Assembly: GCA_001002325.1 (NCBI GenBank)
Contig: LCNZ01000006.1
Coordinates: forward strand, 130-64,129
From: Candidatus Amesbacteria bacterium GW2011_GWB1_47_19
GTDB taxonomy: Bacteria > Patescibacteriota > Microgenomatia > CAZETR01 > Amesbacteraceae
Length of the DNA stretch: 64,000 nucleotides
Direction of reading: 5' to 3'
Below, in pieces: positions 46,114-55,521 of this stretch; the stretch's first letter is position 1, and each line of letters begins with the position of its first letter. Position numbers and translations under genes: made by a program. The notes beneath the pieces are model-generated. The model ran no database searches. It saw nothing but the letters and a program-made list of their open reading frames with translations, and was not told the origin of the DNA.

Positions 46114-48116
46114 AACAAAGCTTTGTTTAAATAATCAGAGTAACTGACAGCGGTTTTTTTCCACGAAAATTTCTCCGCTAATAACTTTGCCCGGTGGGAC
46201 AACTTTTGTCTTAAATGCGGATCGTTAACCAATTTTATCAAAGCTTCACCAAATGCCCGGTGATCGAAAGCACGGACCTTTATACCGCAGTTGTCAGGAA
46301 GCCACTTCAAACCATCGATATCGAAGCAGACGAAAGGAATACCTGAAGCCAGTGTTTCCAGAGCTACAAGTGGAAAGGTTTCAAACCGGGACGGCAAAGC
46401 CATAACCAAAGTCCGGGCAAAAAAGCGTGACCGCTCTCTCCCGCGTACTAATCCTGTCAGTTTTGCCCGGGAGTCCAGATGAAGATGGTTGATCAGTGAT
46501 TTGAGGCGGTTTATTTCACCCCGGCTGCCGCTTCCGGCGATATACAGGTCATGAGGCAAGTTACCGGTGATGTGTTTGAAAGACTGCAATAAAAGATCCA
46601 ATCCTTTCTGGTTGACTTCAATCCGGCCGATAAACGAAATATTCCTGGGGCGGTAAGCCGAATCCGCGGGATAGACGGGAGAAGTGACTCCGTTGGGAAT
46701 CCACACCACATCTGTTTGAGGACTAATTTTTTTAATCTGTTTGCTGTAGAAAGGGGAGGGGGAAATAATCCGACGGTACAGCCTGAGTCCCAGGTTTTCA
46801 ACACTGACAAACGGAAGAAGATATTTACGCTGCATATCCGCTCCGGCCAGCATATGAGCCAGTCCAATGACCGGTTTACGGGTGAAAAGCGGAAGAAAAG
46901 CCGTGGAAAAGGGAGGGGTAAAACTTTCCATCCAGATATCATATCGGCCAAACATAACTCTGAAAGGAATCAGACACAAAAATGCCAGCTGACCGAATTT
47001 CCCTCCCAAAACGGAAATTCCTATCCGGCGATAAGAAACCCCATCCAGTATCAGGTCTGAGGAAAAGGGGTATTTTCCCGTGATGACCGTGATATCAAAG
47101 TGACCTGCCAATCTTTTGGCAATCTCGTGAACAGCGACCGCTCCCCCACCACCATACCAGGGATTGCGAAGATCGTCGTATGAGGAAATTACAAGAACAG
47201 GTTTGAAACTTCTCTTGGTGGAACCGGCCATTTCCCATGGCAGGCGGGTGCGGTTCTTGTTCACCCTGGTGAAACGGCTTAGGAAAAAAATCATAAACAG
47301 AGCGAGCGGAAAAGATAGAGGCCGGTGCCGCAAGGACTTGAGAATTCCTGATAGGAGGTATTTCCTGGGAATTACATAATCGGAAACGGTAGGGTAACCG
47401 AACAGTCTGTCCAGTTCAGGCTGGGGTTTGGAAAAAGAGCGGTTGGCCAACTTAAAATAATCGCTCCAGGTTGAAGGAGGCCAGTAGGTTATGACTGCGG
47501 ACCGGCAATAGCGGAACGCTCCCGCTTTTACGGCTGTGAGATAGATGTATAAGCGCAGTTCGGAGGACTCTACTGGTATGCGTAGAGTATCTGAGAAAGA
47601 TTTTCTGAAGGCGGTGGCGGCACCATAGAAATTTTGAACATGGTTAAAACCTGGAACGCTTAAGCGAATATCGTCCCACATGGCGAAACTGGAATGAATC
47701 AACCCGCCCGCAATGCCCGGCGGCCGGAGCGGAATCTGATGTGCGGCCATCATACCCGCCCGGGGATCGGCAACAATTGCCGAAACCAGTGTGGTCAAGA
47801 ATTTGCGCCCTACCAGATTTATGTCCGCGTCCAAAGCTACTAAAATATCGCTGTGATTAAGCCGGAATAGCTGATTTAAACGGAAGGGTTTTCCCTTACG
47901 GGTCCGGGCTGATACCAACTGTACCAAGGGAAAACGGTGACTGAATTGCCTGACTAAATCCTGTGTGGTATCAGAACTGCCGTCGGAAATCACCAGTATT
48001 CGTTCCAACGTGAAGCCTGTCCGGTTTTGGCCGAGGACTGATTCCAAAATATGTCCGATGTTCCCGGCCTCGTTGAAAGCAATGATTCCCACAGTGAGGG
48101 AAGGAATACGGGCCAT
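46110..48116 (-). CDS. bifunctional GT2 + GT4 glycosyltransferase
   Basis: N-terminal GT2 (VGIIAFNE, SDGSSD, LDADI). C-terminal GT4 (GGGAVA, IGRI..QKGLD, ETFPLVALE). Confidence 0.88.
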   Translation of the reverse strand: MARIPSLTVGIIAFNEAGNIGHILESVLGQNRTGFTLERILVISDGSSDTTQDLVRQFSHRFPLVQLVSARTRKGKPFRLNQLFRLNHSDILVALDADINLVGRKFLTTLVSAIVADPRAGMMAAHQIPLRPPGIAGGLIHSSFAMWDDIRLSVPGFNHVQNFYGAATAFRKSFSDTLRIPVESSELRLYIYLTAVKAGAFRYCRSAVITYWPPSTWSDYFKLANRSFSKPQPELDRLFGYPTVSDYVIPRKYLLSGILKSLRHRPLSFPLALFMIFFLSRFTRVNKNRTRLPWEMAGSTKRSFKPVLVISSYDDLRNPWYGGGGAVAVHEIAKRLAGHFDITVITGKYPFSSDLILDGVSYRRIGISVLGGKFGQLAFLCLIPFRVMFGRYDIWMESFTPPFSTAFLPLFTRKPVIGLAHMLAGADMQRKYLLPFVSVENLGLRLYRRIISPSPFYSKQIKKISPQTDVVWIPNGVTSPVYPADSAYRPRNISFIGRIEVNQKGLDLLLQSFKHITGNLPHDLYIAGSGSRGEINRLKSLINHLHLDSRAKLTGLVRGRERSRFFARTLVMALPSRFETFPLVALETLASGIPFVCFDIDGLKWLPDNCGIKVRAFDHRAFGEALIKLVNDPHLRQKLSHRAKLLAEKFSWKKTAVSYSDYLNKALL

Positions 48117-48119
48117 AGA

Positions 48120-51100
48120 TCAGGAAGCGGGGACAAAAGCCTGTCCCGGGTGGCGGTCGGATAATTTTTCCCCGAAACGGGAGCGGATGAGACATAGCAA
48201 CGATGCCGCCTGGATATCCCAATCGAAATGCCGGGCCCAAATACCAGCCTGGGCGGACAACTGACGGCGAACGTCTGAGTGACGGATAAGAAAACCCATG
48301 GCCGCAGTCAAGGCCGAGACGTCGGCGTTGGGCACCAGCAGCCCGGTCTGGCCATCCCGGACGGAATCACGCAAACCGACTACATTTGAAGCAATGACCG
48401 GAGTGGAACAAATATTGGCCTCGATGACGGTTATACCCCAGCCTTCAAAAGAAGAGGGCTGGAGCATTGCCCAAGATGAAGATAATAAATGGATCCTCTC
48501 TTTGTCACTGACACGGCCGAGAAAACTGACCCGCGTTTCTATGCCCAGACGGTCGGTTAAAGCCCGTAGGGATTTGATGCTTTCTCCATCACCTGCGATA
48601 TTCAGCCTGGCGTCGGGGTGATCCGTTAATATCCGGGCGAAAGCCCTGACAGCAATATCAATCTGCTTGTAAGGACGGACCCGACCTAAATACAGGAAAG
48701 AGGGGTAACTGGTTTTTGGAGACTGGTAAAGGAACTGCCGGAGATCTATTCCGGGGTTAATGACGGAAATATTCTCTGTCCGAGCCAAACCGAGGGCGGC
48801 AATATCTTTACGAGATGATTCGGAAACGGTGATGACCGGCTGGTTATGATAGACCAGAGGGGCAATCCCGGCTTCCAGGAATTTGGCAATCTGAGCCAGC
48901 GGGAAACGGACATGGCGGATGAAATAATCCTGATGGACATGGTGGATGAGTAAAAATTTGGGAATCCGGGAATAGAGGGGGGTAAAAAACGGAATACCGT
49001 TTTCGCTGTCGATGATAATGTCATAGTGACCCCGGAACCGGAAGAGATAATATAAAACCGCCCAGATATACACGGTATAGAAGCCTCCCCGGCGGATGAT
49101 CCGGATTCCGTCGATGACTTCGGTACCGGGATGCTGCCGGTCGTTGCCGCAAAAGAGCGTTACTTCATGTCCGGCAGTCACCCAGCGTCTGGCCAGTTCG
49201 TGCAAATATACCTCGGCGCCTCCGGCCCAGACATGGCGGATATCGCGCCAGTTGAAAATAAGGATCCTGATATTGCCACCGGTTCCGGCGGCAGGCGCCG
49301 GCAGAAGGCGGAAAAGTCCGGCTAAATCCCGCAGAGCCAGGGTAACATCGGCCAGTTTGGCTTGTATGCCGTGACAGATCAGGACCAGCCCGAGATACAA
49401 ACCGGAGGATATGAGGATAATGGTAGAAAAATCCCTGATATTCCGGTGATAAAGGGTGATTCCCGCCAGCAACAGAATGGCTAGGAAGACGGATAGCAGG
49501 GAGAAATAGTAATGCTTTCTGGCCTGGTGGTAGCTGACGATGGCTCCGGCCATAGCAAAACTGCACATAGCCAGACAGTAACCGGTCAGATAGGGAATTA
49601 TCGGTATTGCCCTGGACCCCAGGATAAAAGGAACGGTGTATCTACCCAACGGCCCTAAAATAATCAGGGCAATAGAGGAACTGAAAATTGTAGCCCCGAG
49701 AAGCCTGTAAAAAGTCCGGTTGGGGTTTTGTTGTGCGCCTTCAGAATGGCTGACCAGCGGGTTGACGAACTGACTGAAAAGTGTGCCGGCGAAAAAGACA
49801 ATTTTTCCGATCAGGGACAACAGGGTATAGTAACCGGCCTGTTCGGGAGAAAGATAGTGTTTGGCCAGTATCACATCCAAGCTTAAGAAAATCAGGGAGG
49901 AGAGAGACACCAAAGCCGATGAGCTGAAAAACTTGCCGGGAAAAGTAAGAAAATTCCGGGGCAAATCATATGTGACAGATTTAGCACTGAAACGTTTGAC
50001 CATGATAAAAGCAATGAGCAGGGCGCCGAACGTGGCCAGGGGGATTGCGATATAAATGTATCTTTCCCAGCCTGCCGTGACCAGAAAAACAGTCAGCAGA
50101 AGCTTGATTACCGACTCGGCCAGAATAACCGCAGACAAAGAAATAAAGCGGAGATTTCCGGATAAGAAACCGGAATCGACGGCCAGTAACGCGGCTATGG
50201 GCCAAAGCGGGGTGATCAGCAGCAGTGGTAAGACTGATTCCAGCCGGAAAAAATACGAGATGCCAGGAATCGTGATAATCCATGCCACAGTAACCAACAG
50301 GGAAATGGTCAATGCCCGACTACGGGTGAATAACCAGAACTGCAGGGTGGGAAGACGGTGGCGACCCAGCAGATATGCACTGCGATGTGAAACAGTCCGC
50401 GCCACGGCACCCAAAGGGATTTGACTGATATAGATCAAACCCGCTGCAAAACCGATAAGGCCGTAATCGGCAACAGACAATACCCTGCCCAAGAATACGT
50501 TGTATACAAAATTGATAAAGTTGGCGATGATTGTGGCTGTCACCAGAACCAGACCCGGTGACGGCTGCGGCCGCCAACCTCCCGGAACCGGCACGTGCGG
50601 TAAAGAGATGCCGAGACGAAAAGTCCGGCTTTTTTGCCGCGGCGCCAAATGCAAACCATGATGGGTCTTTTCCCAATAATGAGGCTTGACTATGAGCTGG
50701 TATACTGCTTTCAGGCCGGCCAGACTGATGAGAAACCAATACACGGGAATTAAATAAACGTATTTGATCTGATCCCACAAACCCCGCCGGGCACAGCCCA
50801 GCATGTAATAGTAGAGGAAAATAAAATTTCCAAAGATGGTACAGAGGACAGCCAGATAGTAAATCGGACCGGAATAGAGAGTTTCCATGAGGGGGCCGGC
50901 CTGGGCACGGAAAACGAAATATGACAGGGTAGCCAGCCACAGCAGCGGATTTATCAGCATGAAGAGAATCTTGCCGCCGATTACCAACTGAAAAATAAGA
51001 GCATGAATACCCCGGGTTTTCCAAAATCTCAGAGGGTGGCGGTTGTGGACTAAATAGGTCTGGATGTAACCTTTTATCCACCTGGAACGCTGGCGCATCC

Positions 51101-52121
51101 AGTTTCCCAGATGGCTGTTGGCTTCCTCCAGGGTAGTAGAGTCGATCATGGCTGTCCGATAGCCCTTTAAAAATAACCTTATTCCCAAATCGCAATCTTC
51201 AGTAACATTAAAAGCGTCCCACCCAGCCAGCTGGCGAAGTATGTGGGTACGGAAATGATTGGAAGTGCCACCCAGGGGGATGGTGGTGCCCAGAGACTGA
51301 AGGCCGGGTAAAATTATGTCAAACCACAGTGAATATTCGGCGGTAAACAGCCGGGTGAGTAAGTTGTGGTTGGGGTTATAGTAATTCAATTTGGCTTGTA
51401 GGCAAACCACCTTCGGGTTGACTTGCTGAAAAGCCAGATATGCCTTTTTTAGCTGTTGGGGGTCCGGTTGATCTTCGGCATCGTAGATAACCACGTATTT
51501 TCCCCGGGCGATTGCCAGCCCGTAATTACAGGCTTTGGGTTTGGTTTTTGGCAGAGTATCGGGTACAATTACTACTCTGATGTGTTTTGGCAAATTGATA
51601 GCAGATACTGCCCGAAAAGTCTCAGAATCGTCTGCTTCCAATAACAAGATTACGTCAAGTTTTGATTTGGGCCAATCCAAACGGTTGATAGAAGTCAAAA
51701 AGTGCCTAAATACCGCTGATTCCTTGTACATGGGACACAGGATGGAATAAACAGGCAGATCGGACTCATCAAGCTTTTTCAGCCGTTGGGGCGAAAAAGT
51801 GATCTCCTGTGAGCGGTGCATACTGCGGCTGACCAAAGCTAAATTAAAAAGGCCATCGATGAAATAAATTAGACTCAGAACTGTGACTGTGAAAATTCCC
51901 GTGGAAATAGGATTGAACCATAACGATAAGAGAAAAGCCAAGGTTGTAACGGTGAGCAATAGTTTCTGCCATCCGACCAGGGTAATCAGGGCAGAACTAT
52001 CCACGGGTAGAACTGTATGGGTGATGAACCGGCGCATTTTCCAGGCTACACCCGCACCTAACTGGGACGAAACAGTGGAGGGAGGAATCGGGGTAACCAC
52101 ATTCAGACGGTGAGATGACAT
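48120..52121 (-). CDS. triple fusion: processive CESA-like GT2 + Wzx-like flippase + GT4
   Basis: GT2 with KTKPKACN, YDAED, TED, QRSRW and YWEKTHHG. Central multi-TM flippase-like region (LSVADYG, LDVILAKHYL..AGYY). C-terminal GT4 (NWRD..AGGAE, EGWGITVIEA). Confidence 0.88.
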   Translation of the reverse strand: MSSHRLNVVTPIPPSTVSSQLGAGVAWKMRRFITHTVLPVDSSALITLVGWQKLLLTVTTLAFLLSLWFNPISTGIFTVTVLSLIYFIDGLFNLALVSRSMHRSQEITFSPQRLKKLDESDLPVYSILCPMYKESAVFRHFLTSINRLDWPKSKLDVILLLEADDSETFRAVSAINLPKHIRVVIVPDTLPKTKPKACNYGLAIARGKYVVIYDAEDQPDPQQLKKAYLAFQQVNPKVVCLQAKLNYYNPNHNLLTRLFTAEYSLWFDIILPGLQSLGTTIPLGGTSNHFRTHILRQLAGWDAFNVTEDCDLGIRLFLKGYRTAMIDSTTLEEANSHLGNWMRQRSRWIKGYIQTYLVHNRHPLRFWKTRGIHALIFQLVIGGKILFMLINPLLWLATLSYFVFRAQAGPLMETLYSGPIYYLAVLCTIFGNFIFLYYYMLGCARRGLWDQIKYVYLIPVYWFLISLAGLKAVYQLIVKPHYWEKTHHGLHLAPRQKSRTFRLGISLPHVPVPGGWRPQPSPGLVLVTATIIANFINFVYNVFLGRVLSVADYGLIGFAAGLIYISQIPLGAVARTVSHRSAYLLGRHRLPTLQFWLFTRSRALTISLLVTVAWIITIPGISYFFRLESVLPLLLITPLWPIAALLAVDSGFLSGNLRFISLSAVILAESVIKLLLTVFLVTAGWERYIYIAIPLATFGALLIAFIMVKRFSAKSVTYDLPRNFLTFPGKFFSSSALVSLSSLIFLSLDVILAKHYLSPEQAGYYTLLSLIGKIVFFAGTLFSQFVNPLVSHSEGAQQNPNRTFYRLLGATIFSSSIALIILGPLGRYTVPFILGSRAIPIIPYLTGYCLAMCSFAMAGAIVSYHQARKHYYFSLLSVFLAILLLAGITLYHRNIRDFSTIILISSGLYLGLVLICHGIQAKLADVTLALRDLAGLFRLLPAPAAGTGGNIRILIFNWRDIRHVWAGGAEVYLHELARRWVTAGHEVTLFCGNDRQHPGTEVIDGIRIIRRGGFYTVYIWAVLYYLFRFRGHYDIIIDSENGIPFFTPLYSRIPKFLLIHHVHQDYFIRHVRFPLAQIAKFLEAGIAPLVYHNQPVITVSESSRKDIAALGLARTENISVINPGIDLRQFLYQSPKTSYPSFLYLGRVRPYKQIDIAVRAFARILTDHPDARLNIAGDGESIKSLRALTDRLGIETRVSFLGRVSDKERIHLLSSSWAMLQPSSFEGWGITVIEANICSTPVIASNVVGLRDSVRDGQTGLLVPNADVSALTAAMGFLIRHSDVRRQLSAQAGIWARHFDWDIQAASLLCLIRSRFGEKLSDRHPGQAFVPAS

Positions 52122-52176
52122 GTGTATCAGTTAAAAAAACAAACCAGCTAAAGCCAGTCTGATGTCAAAAATTATA

Positions 52177-52581
52177 CTACAGGTCTATCAGAATGTCTAA
52201 TTTCCGGAGGCTGATAAGGACCGAGGCCGTAACAACTCCGAGACTGTCAATGGCGACATCCCGATACCGGGGCTCACGCCCGGGAACAAGGCTCTGGTGG
52301 TATTCATCGGTGGAGGCGTAAACTACAGTTACCAGCAGGGTGAGTAATATCAATACCACCCGGGAATATTCGGTACTTTGTTTGAGCGCCCGGAATATCA
52401 GGACTGCCAAAATAAAATACTCTATAAAATGAGCTGTTTTTTTGACGATGAAATCCTGCCAGTAGATTTGGGAAGTATGCATTGCAGGGCGGGAGGAAAA
52501 CCAGAAAATAAGACACATCCATAAAACAACAGGTATCCAGCCATAAATTTTGTGGTAGGAAATCATCTTTCGAGTATACAA
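52177..52581 (-). CDS. VanZ family protein
   Basis: KKTAHFIEYFIL and YASTDEYHQSLVPGR..DVAIDSLG motifs. Start may be 52566. Confidence 0.88.
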   Translation of the reverse strand: MYTRKMISYHKIYGWIPVVLWMCLIFWFSSRPAMHTSQIYWQDFIVKKTAHFIEYFILAVLIFRALKQSTEYSRVVLILLTLLVTVVYASTDEYHQSLVPGREPRYRDVAIDSLGVVTASVLISLRKLDILIDL

Positions 52582-53472
52582 CTAAAGCACGGAAGGGGGG
52601 GAAGCTTTGCGGAATACCAACAACAGACCGGATGTAACAAGAGCCACAATTCCCGCTCCGATGAGCAGCCAACCACCCAGGTTTGAAGATGAATCATTTG
52701 CTCCGGTAACAGGCTCATCCGCACGCAAAGCGATGTCCGAATCCCCCAACACCACGGGTGTGGGAGTATTGAGCACCTCCCGGTCCGCATTCTCTAGTAA
52801 GCTTTGGAAATCCGGCCAGGTAGGTTCCGCCAGCGACCGGATGGGGGAGGCGGTGCTGCGGTTCACGACCGGGGTAAGTGTGGATGTGGCCGATGGTTTG
52901 GGAGTGGAGGTGGGTTTGGGAGTGGAAGACGGTTTGGGGGTGGATGAAGGAGCGGTGGTGGGAGTGGAGGTGGGCGGAACGGGGGTATTTGTGGGGCCAG
53001 TAGTGGGGGTAGGGGTGAGAGAGGGACCGGTAATGATTATTGCCTGTTCGGGGCTCCACTCGGCAGAACTGTTTTCCCCGGCTGTATAGCGGCCGACTTT
53101 GAAAAAATAACCACCGGGACCGGCGTATTTTGAGTCAGTGGGCTCAGGTTTGATTTTCAATTTTCCGCTCCATGAACCCTCGGTCAAATCGCTCTCCCCC
53201 ACCCGAAAATATTGAGTCCGGTCGGAAGAGGTGCCGATCCAGCTGCCGGAATTGTTTTGGGTCAGACCGAAGTAATTTGATCCCGATGGATAAAATGCAC
53301 CCCGCAGATACGAATCCTTACACCCCGAACAGGACATGTTTACTATGATTTCTGTTTCCTGATCCTTATCAATAGATGCAGGCAAACCTGAAAAATTTAC
53401 TGTAACGGCATAGACAGAAAGAGGGAAAAAAAGAAAGGAGAATACAATGATTAACTTCTCACCCCATTTCAT
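52582..53472 (-). CDS. secreted protein with Thr/Pro-rich linker and C-terminal TM anchor
   Basis: Signal peptide, beta-rich domain, (TP)n linker, VVLG, TM helix ending in RK. Confidence 0.8.
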   Translation of the reverse strand: MKWGEKLIIVFSFLFFPLSVYAVTVNFSGLPASIDKDQETEIIVNMSCSGCKDSYLRGAFYPSGSNYFGLTQNNSGSWIGTSSDRTQYFRVGESDLTEGSWSGKLKIKPEPTDSKYAGPGGYFFKVGRYTAGENSSAEWSPEQAIIITGPSLTPTPTTGPTNTPVPPTSTPTTAPSSTPKPSSTPKPTSTPKPSATSTLTPVVNRSTASPIRSLAEPTWPDFQSLLENADREVLNTPTPVVLGDSDIALRADEPVTGANDSSSNLGGWLLIGAGIVALVTSGLLLVFRKASPPSVL

Positions 53473-53534
53473 AATTCCAACTATACACCAGCATTATTAC
53501 ATTGGTGTTCCGCAGATACAGACGATGGTTTTTT

Positions 53535-53565
53535 TAGCCTTCACACTCCCGGTGTGTGAAGGCTG
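53535..53565. other. intergenic palindrome just downstream of the M23 gene
   Basis: AGCCTTCACAC-TCCCGGT-GTGTGAAGGCT. No U-tract follows in the transcribed direction. Confidence 0.55.
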
Positions 53566-53566
53566 A

Positions 53567-54646
53567 TTACTGTACGTGGAGAAAGAAGGTCTTGAGACCG
53601 GAACCGTGGTCGATGTACTTAATTTTGAGATCGGAAGACCCGCATTTCTGGGTGGAAGAATATAAAATTCCGTCGGCAACGGCTTTGATGACGTCCTGAT
53701 TGCTGACCATGTCGATGCCGGTATGGGTACCACCGCTGTAAATATAGCGGTATGAATACGGAGTTTTTCCGTAGCGTTGAGTGATTTCGATGTCCCCGGA
53801 AATTGGCCAGTTCCAGTTGCCTGAACCAATATTTAAGCCCCATTTATCGGATATCTTCTTTAAATATAACTCGGCGTTGACCCAGGTATCATTAAGCCGG
53901 ACTTCAAAATGCAGGTGTTTGCCGGTGCTGCAGCTGGGATAACCGGTATTACCTACCAGAGCGATGGGGTCACCGGCTTTGACCGGGCCTTCTCTGATAC
54001 CGGTAGCCAACGCGGTCTGAATAGCCGCCAGCTCCAACCGGGCGGACTCCAGCTGTTTCTCGTAAACAGCCTCGCTATTTTTGGTCTGCAGAAGAAGATT
54101 ATCTTTTTCCTCCCTCAACCCTGCCAGAGTTTTTTTCTGAACTTCCAGCTTTTTTTGGGCATCTTCGACTAAGGTTTTTTGGCGGGCATAATTTAGTTGA
54201 ATAACCTGGGTATCATGCAAAATACGGCGGTTGTTGGCCTGAACGGTCTGGGCATATTTTAGTCTGGATAATAGAAGAGAAAAGTTTGTACTCGATAACA
54301 TTATTTGAAGTGGATCCAATGACCCTTGTTTATAGGTATGCACTATTTGTTTTTCCAATATTAACGACCGTTGCAACAGGCGTGTCTCTAAAATATTTAT
54401 TTTTCCGGATAATGAGGCAATCATGTCCTCGGTTTGTGATATTTTTAGCGTATTCAGGGCAATTTGAACATCATAGTAGGTGACCTGATCTGCCAGAGTT
54501 TTAGCCTGTGTCTGGAGTTCGGTGATTTTCTTTTCTAATTCTTTGATCTGATTTTCCTTGTCTTCGAGTTCGGAGGCCCGGACGACCGGCAAAGCAAGCG
54601 TCAGAATACAAAGCAAACTAATGCAAAAAATACGAATATTCTTCAT
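53567..54646 (-). CDS. coiled-coil + circularly permuted M23 peptidase (FtsEX partner)
   Basis: Signal peptide, long coiled coil (CwlO/EnvC-like), GNTG..STGKHLHFEV preceding WPI..HTGIDM..AVADG..IDHG. Follows ftsX. Confidence 0.85.
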   Translation of the reverse strand: MKNIRIFCISLLCILTLALPVVRASELEDKENQIKELEKKITELQTQAKTLADQVTYYDVQIALNTLKISQTEDMIASLSGKINILETRLLQRSLILEKQIVHTYKQGSLDPLQIMLSSTNFSLLLSRLKYAQTVQANNRRILHDTQVIQLNYARQKTLVEDAQKKLEVQKKTLAGLREEKDNLLLQTKNSEAVYEKQLESARLELAAIQTALATGIREGPVKAGDPIALVGNTGYPSCSTGKHLHFEVRLNDTWVNAELYLKKISDKWGLNIGSGNWNWPISGDIEITQRYGKTPYSYRYIYSGGTHTGIDMVSNQDVIKAVADGILYSSTQKCGSSDLKIKYIDHGSGLKTFFLHVQ

Positions 54647-55521
54647 GATTTAAGGAAACGCCGGGTAGCAAGCAACCCGCCCAGGCCACCAACCAGCGAT
54701 CCCAAAATCAGTTCACCGCCCAGGACTTCCAGCATAAATACCGGGGTAGGATAAAGTTCCGGAATCTGAAAAATGAAAGTGGACAAAAACGGTGTGGAGT
54801 AAAGAAAAGCCAGATAAGTGATCCCCCAGGCAATAGATGCTCCCAGGAAACCGTATAACATGCCTTCGAGAATGAAAGGAGCGGTCACGAAGCTCCGGGT
54901 GGCACCCATTAGCTGAAGGATGGTTATTTCTTCCTTGCGGCTGGTAACCCGGGCTCCGATCACCGAAAGAATAACTATAAAAGTGATAAATATCTGGGAG
55001 GAAGTCAGGGCGATGCGTGCGGTACGGACAGATCGGGTCCAGCGGATAAGAGTAAATACCACATCTTCCGCAAACCGGACTTCCTCGATCCCCTCCTCCT
55101 TTTTGAGTTGGTCGGCCAGAGTTTTGAGCTGGGCGGGATCTTTGGCCGAAACTTCCAGGGAAGCGGGTAACATGTTGGAGGTGACTGCTTCCAATAGCAG
55201 GGGGTCGGTGGAATTAAGTTCTTTGTAGATGCGCAGTGCGTCTTCTTTGGAAATATATTTGAAATTTTCCACCAGGCCGGTAGATTCCAAGCGGGAGCGA
55301 ATAAGCTCCACCTGCTGGGAGGTGGGGGTGATATCAGCTTTGAAGAAAGCATTAACCTGGGGCCGGGTTTCAAAAAAGCGGAGGATCTTGTGAGCTGCTG
55401 CAGCGTCCAAAAAAAAGACGGTGGCAGAAAAAAGGGTCAGTGAAACTACTAATAGGGAGATGAGAGTCTGGTACGGAGTGCGGCGCAGGCGCTGCCAGGC
55501 TGTTTTGAAATATTTATTCAT
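54643..55521 (-). CDS. ftsX: cell division permease FtsX
   Basis: YISKEDAL, LPASLEV and RKEEITILQLMGAT..PFILEG motifs. Follows ftsE. Confidence 0.93.
   Translation of the reverse strand: MNKYFKTAWQRLRRTPYQTLISLLVVSLTLFSATVFFLDAAAAHKILRFFETRPQVNAFFKADITPTSQQVELIRSRLESTGLVENFKYISKEDALRIYKELNSTDPLLLEAVTSNMLPASLEVSAKDPAQLKTLADQLKKEEGIEEVRFAEDVVFTLIRWTRSVRTARIALTSSQIFITFIVILSVIGARVTSRKEEITILQLMGATRSFVTAPFILEGMLYGFLGASIAWGITYLAFLYSTPFLSTFIFQIPELYPTPVFMLEVLGGELILGSLVGGLGGLLATRRFLKS

Noticed and set aside
50320-51195. 291-aa alternative-frame ORF inside the 1333-aa fusion
   Set aside because: No recognisable motifs and fully nested in a well-supported gene. Treated as a shadow ORF, like the many other nested or antisense ORFs in the track.
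52870-53020. 18-bp-period DNA repeats (TPKPSS-like) as an independent repeat element
   Set aside because: Explained by the Thr/Pro linker coding sequence.
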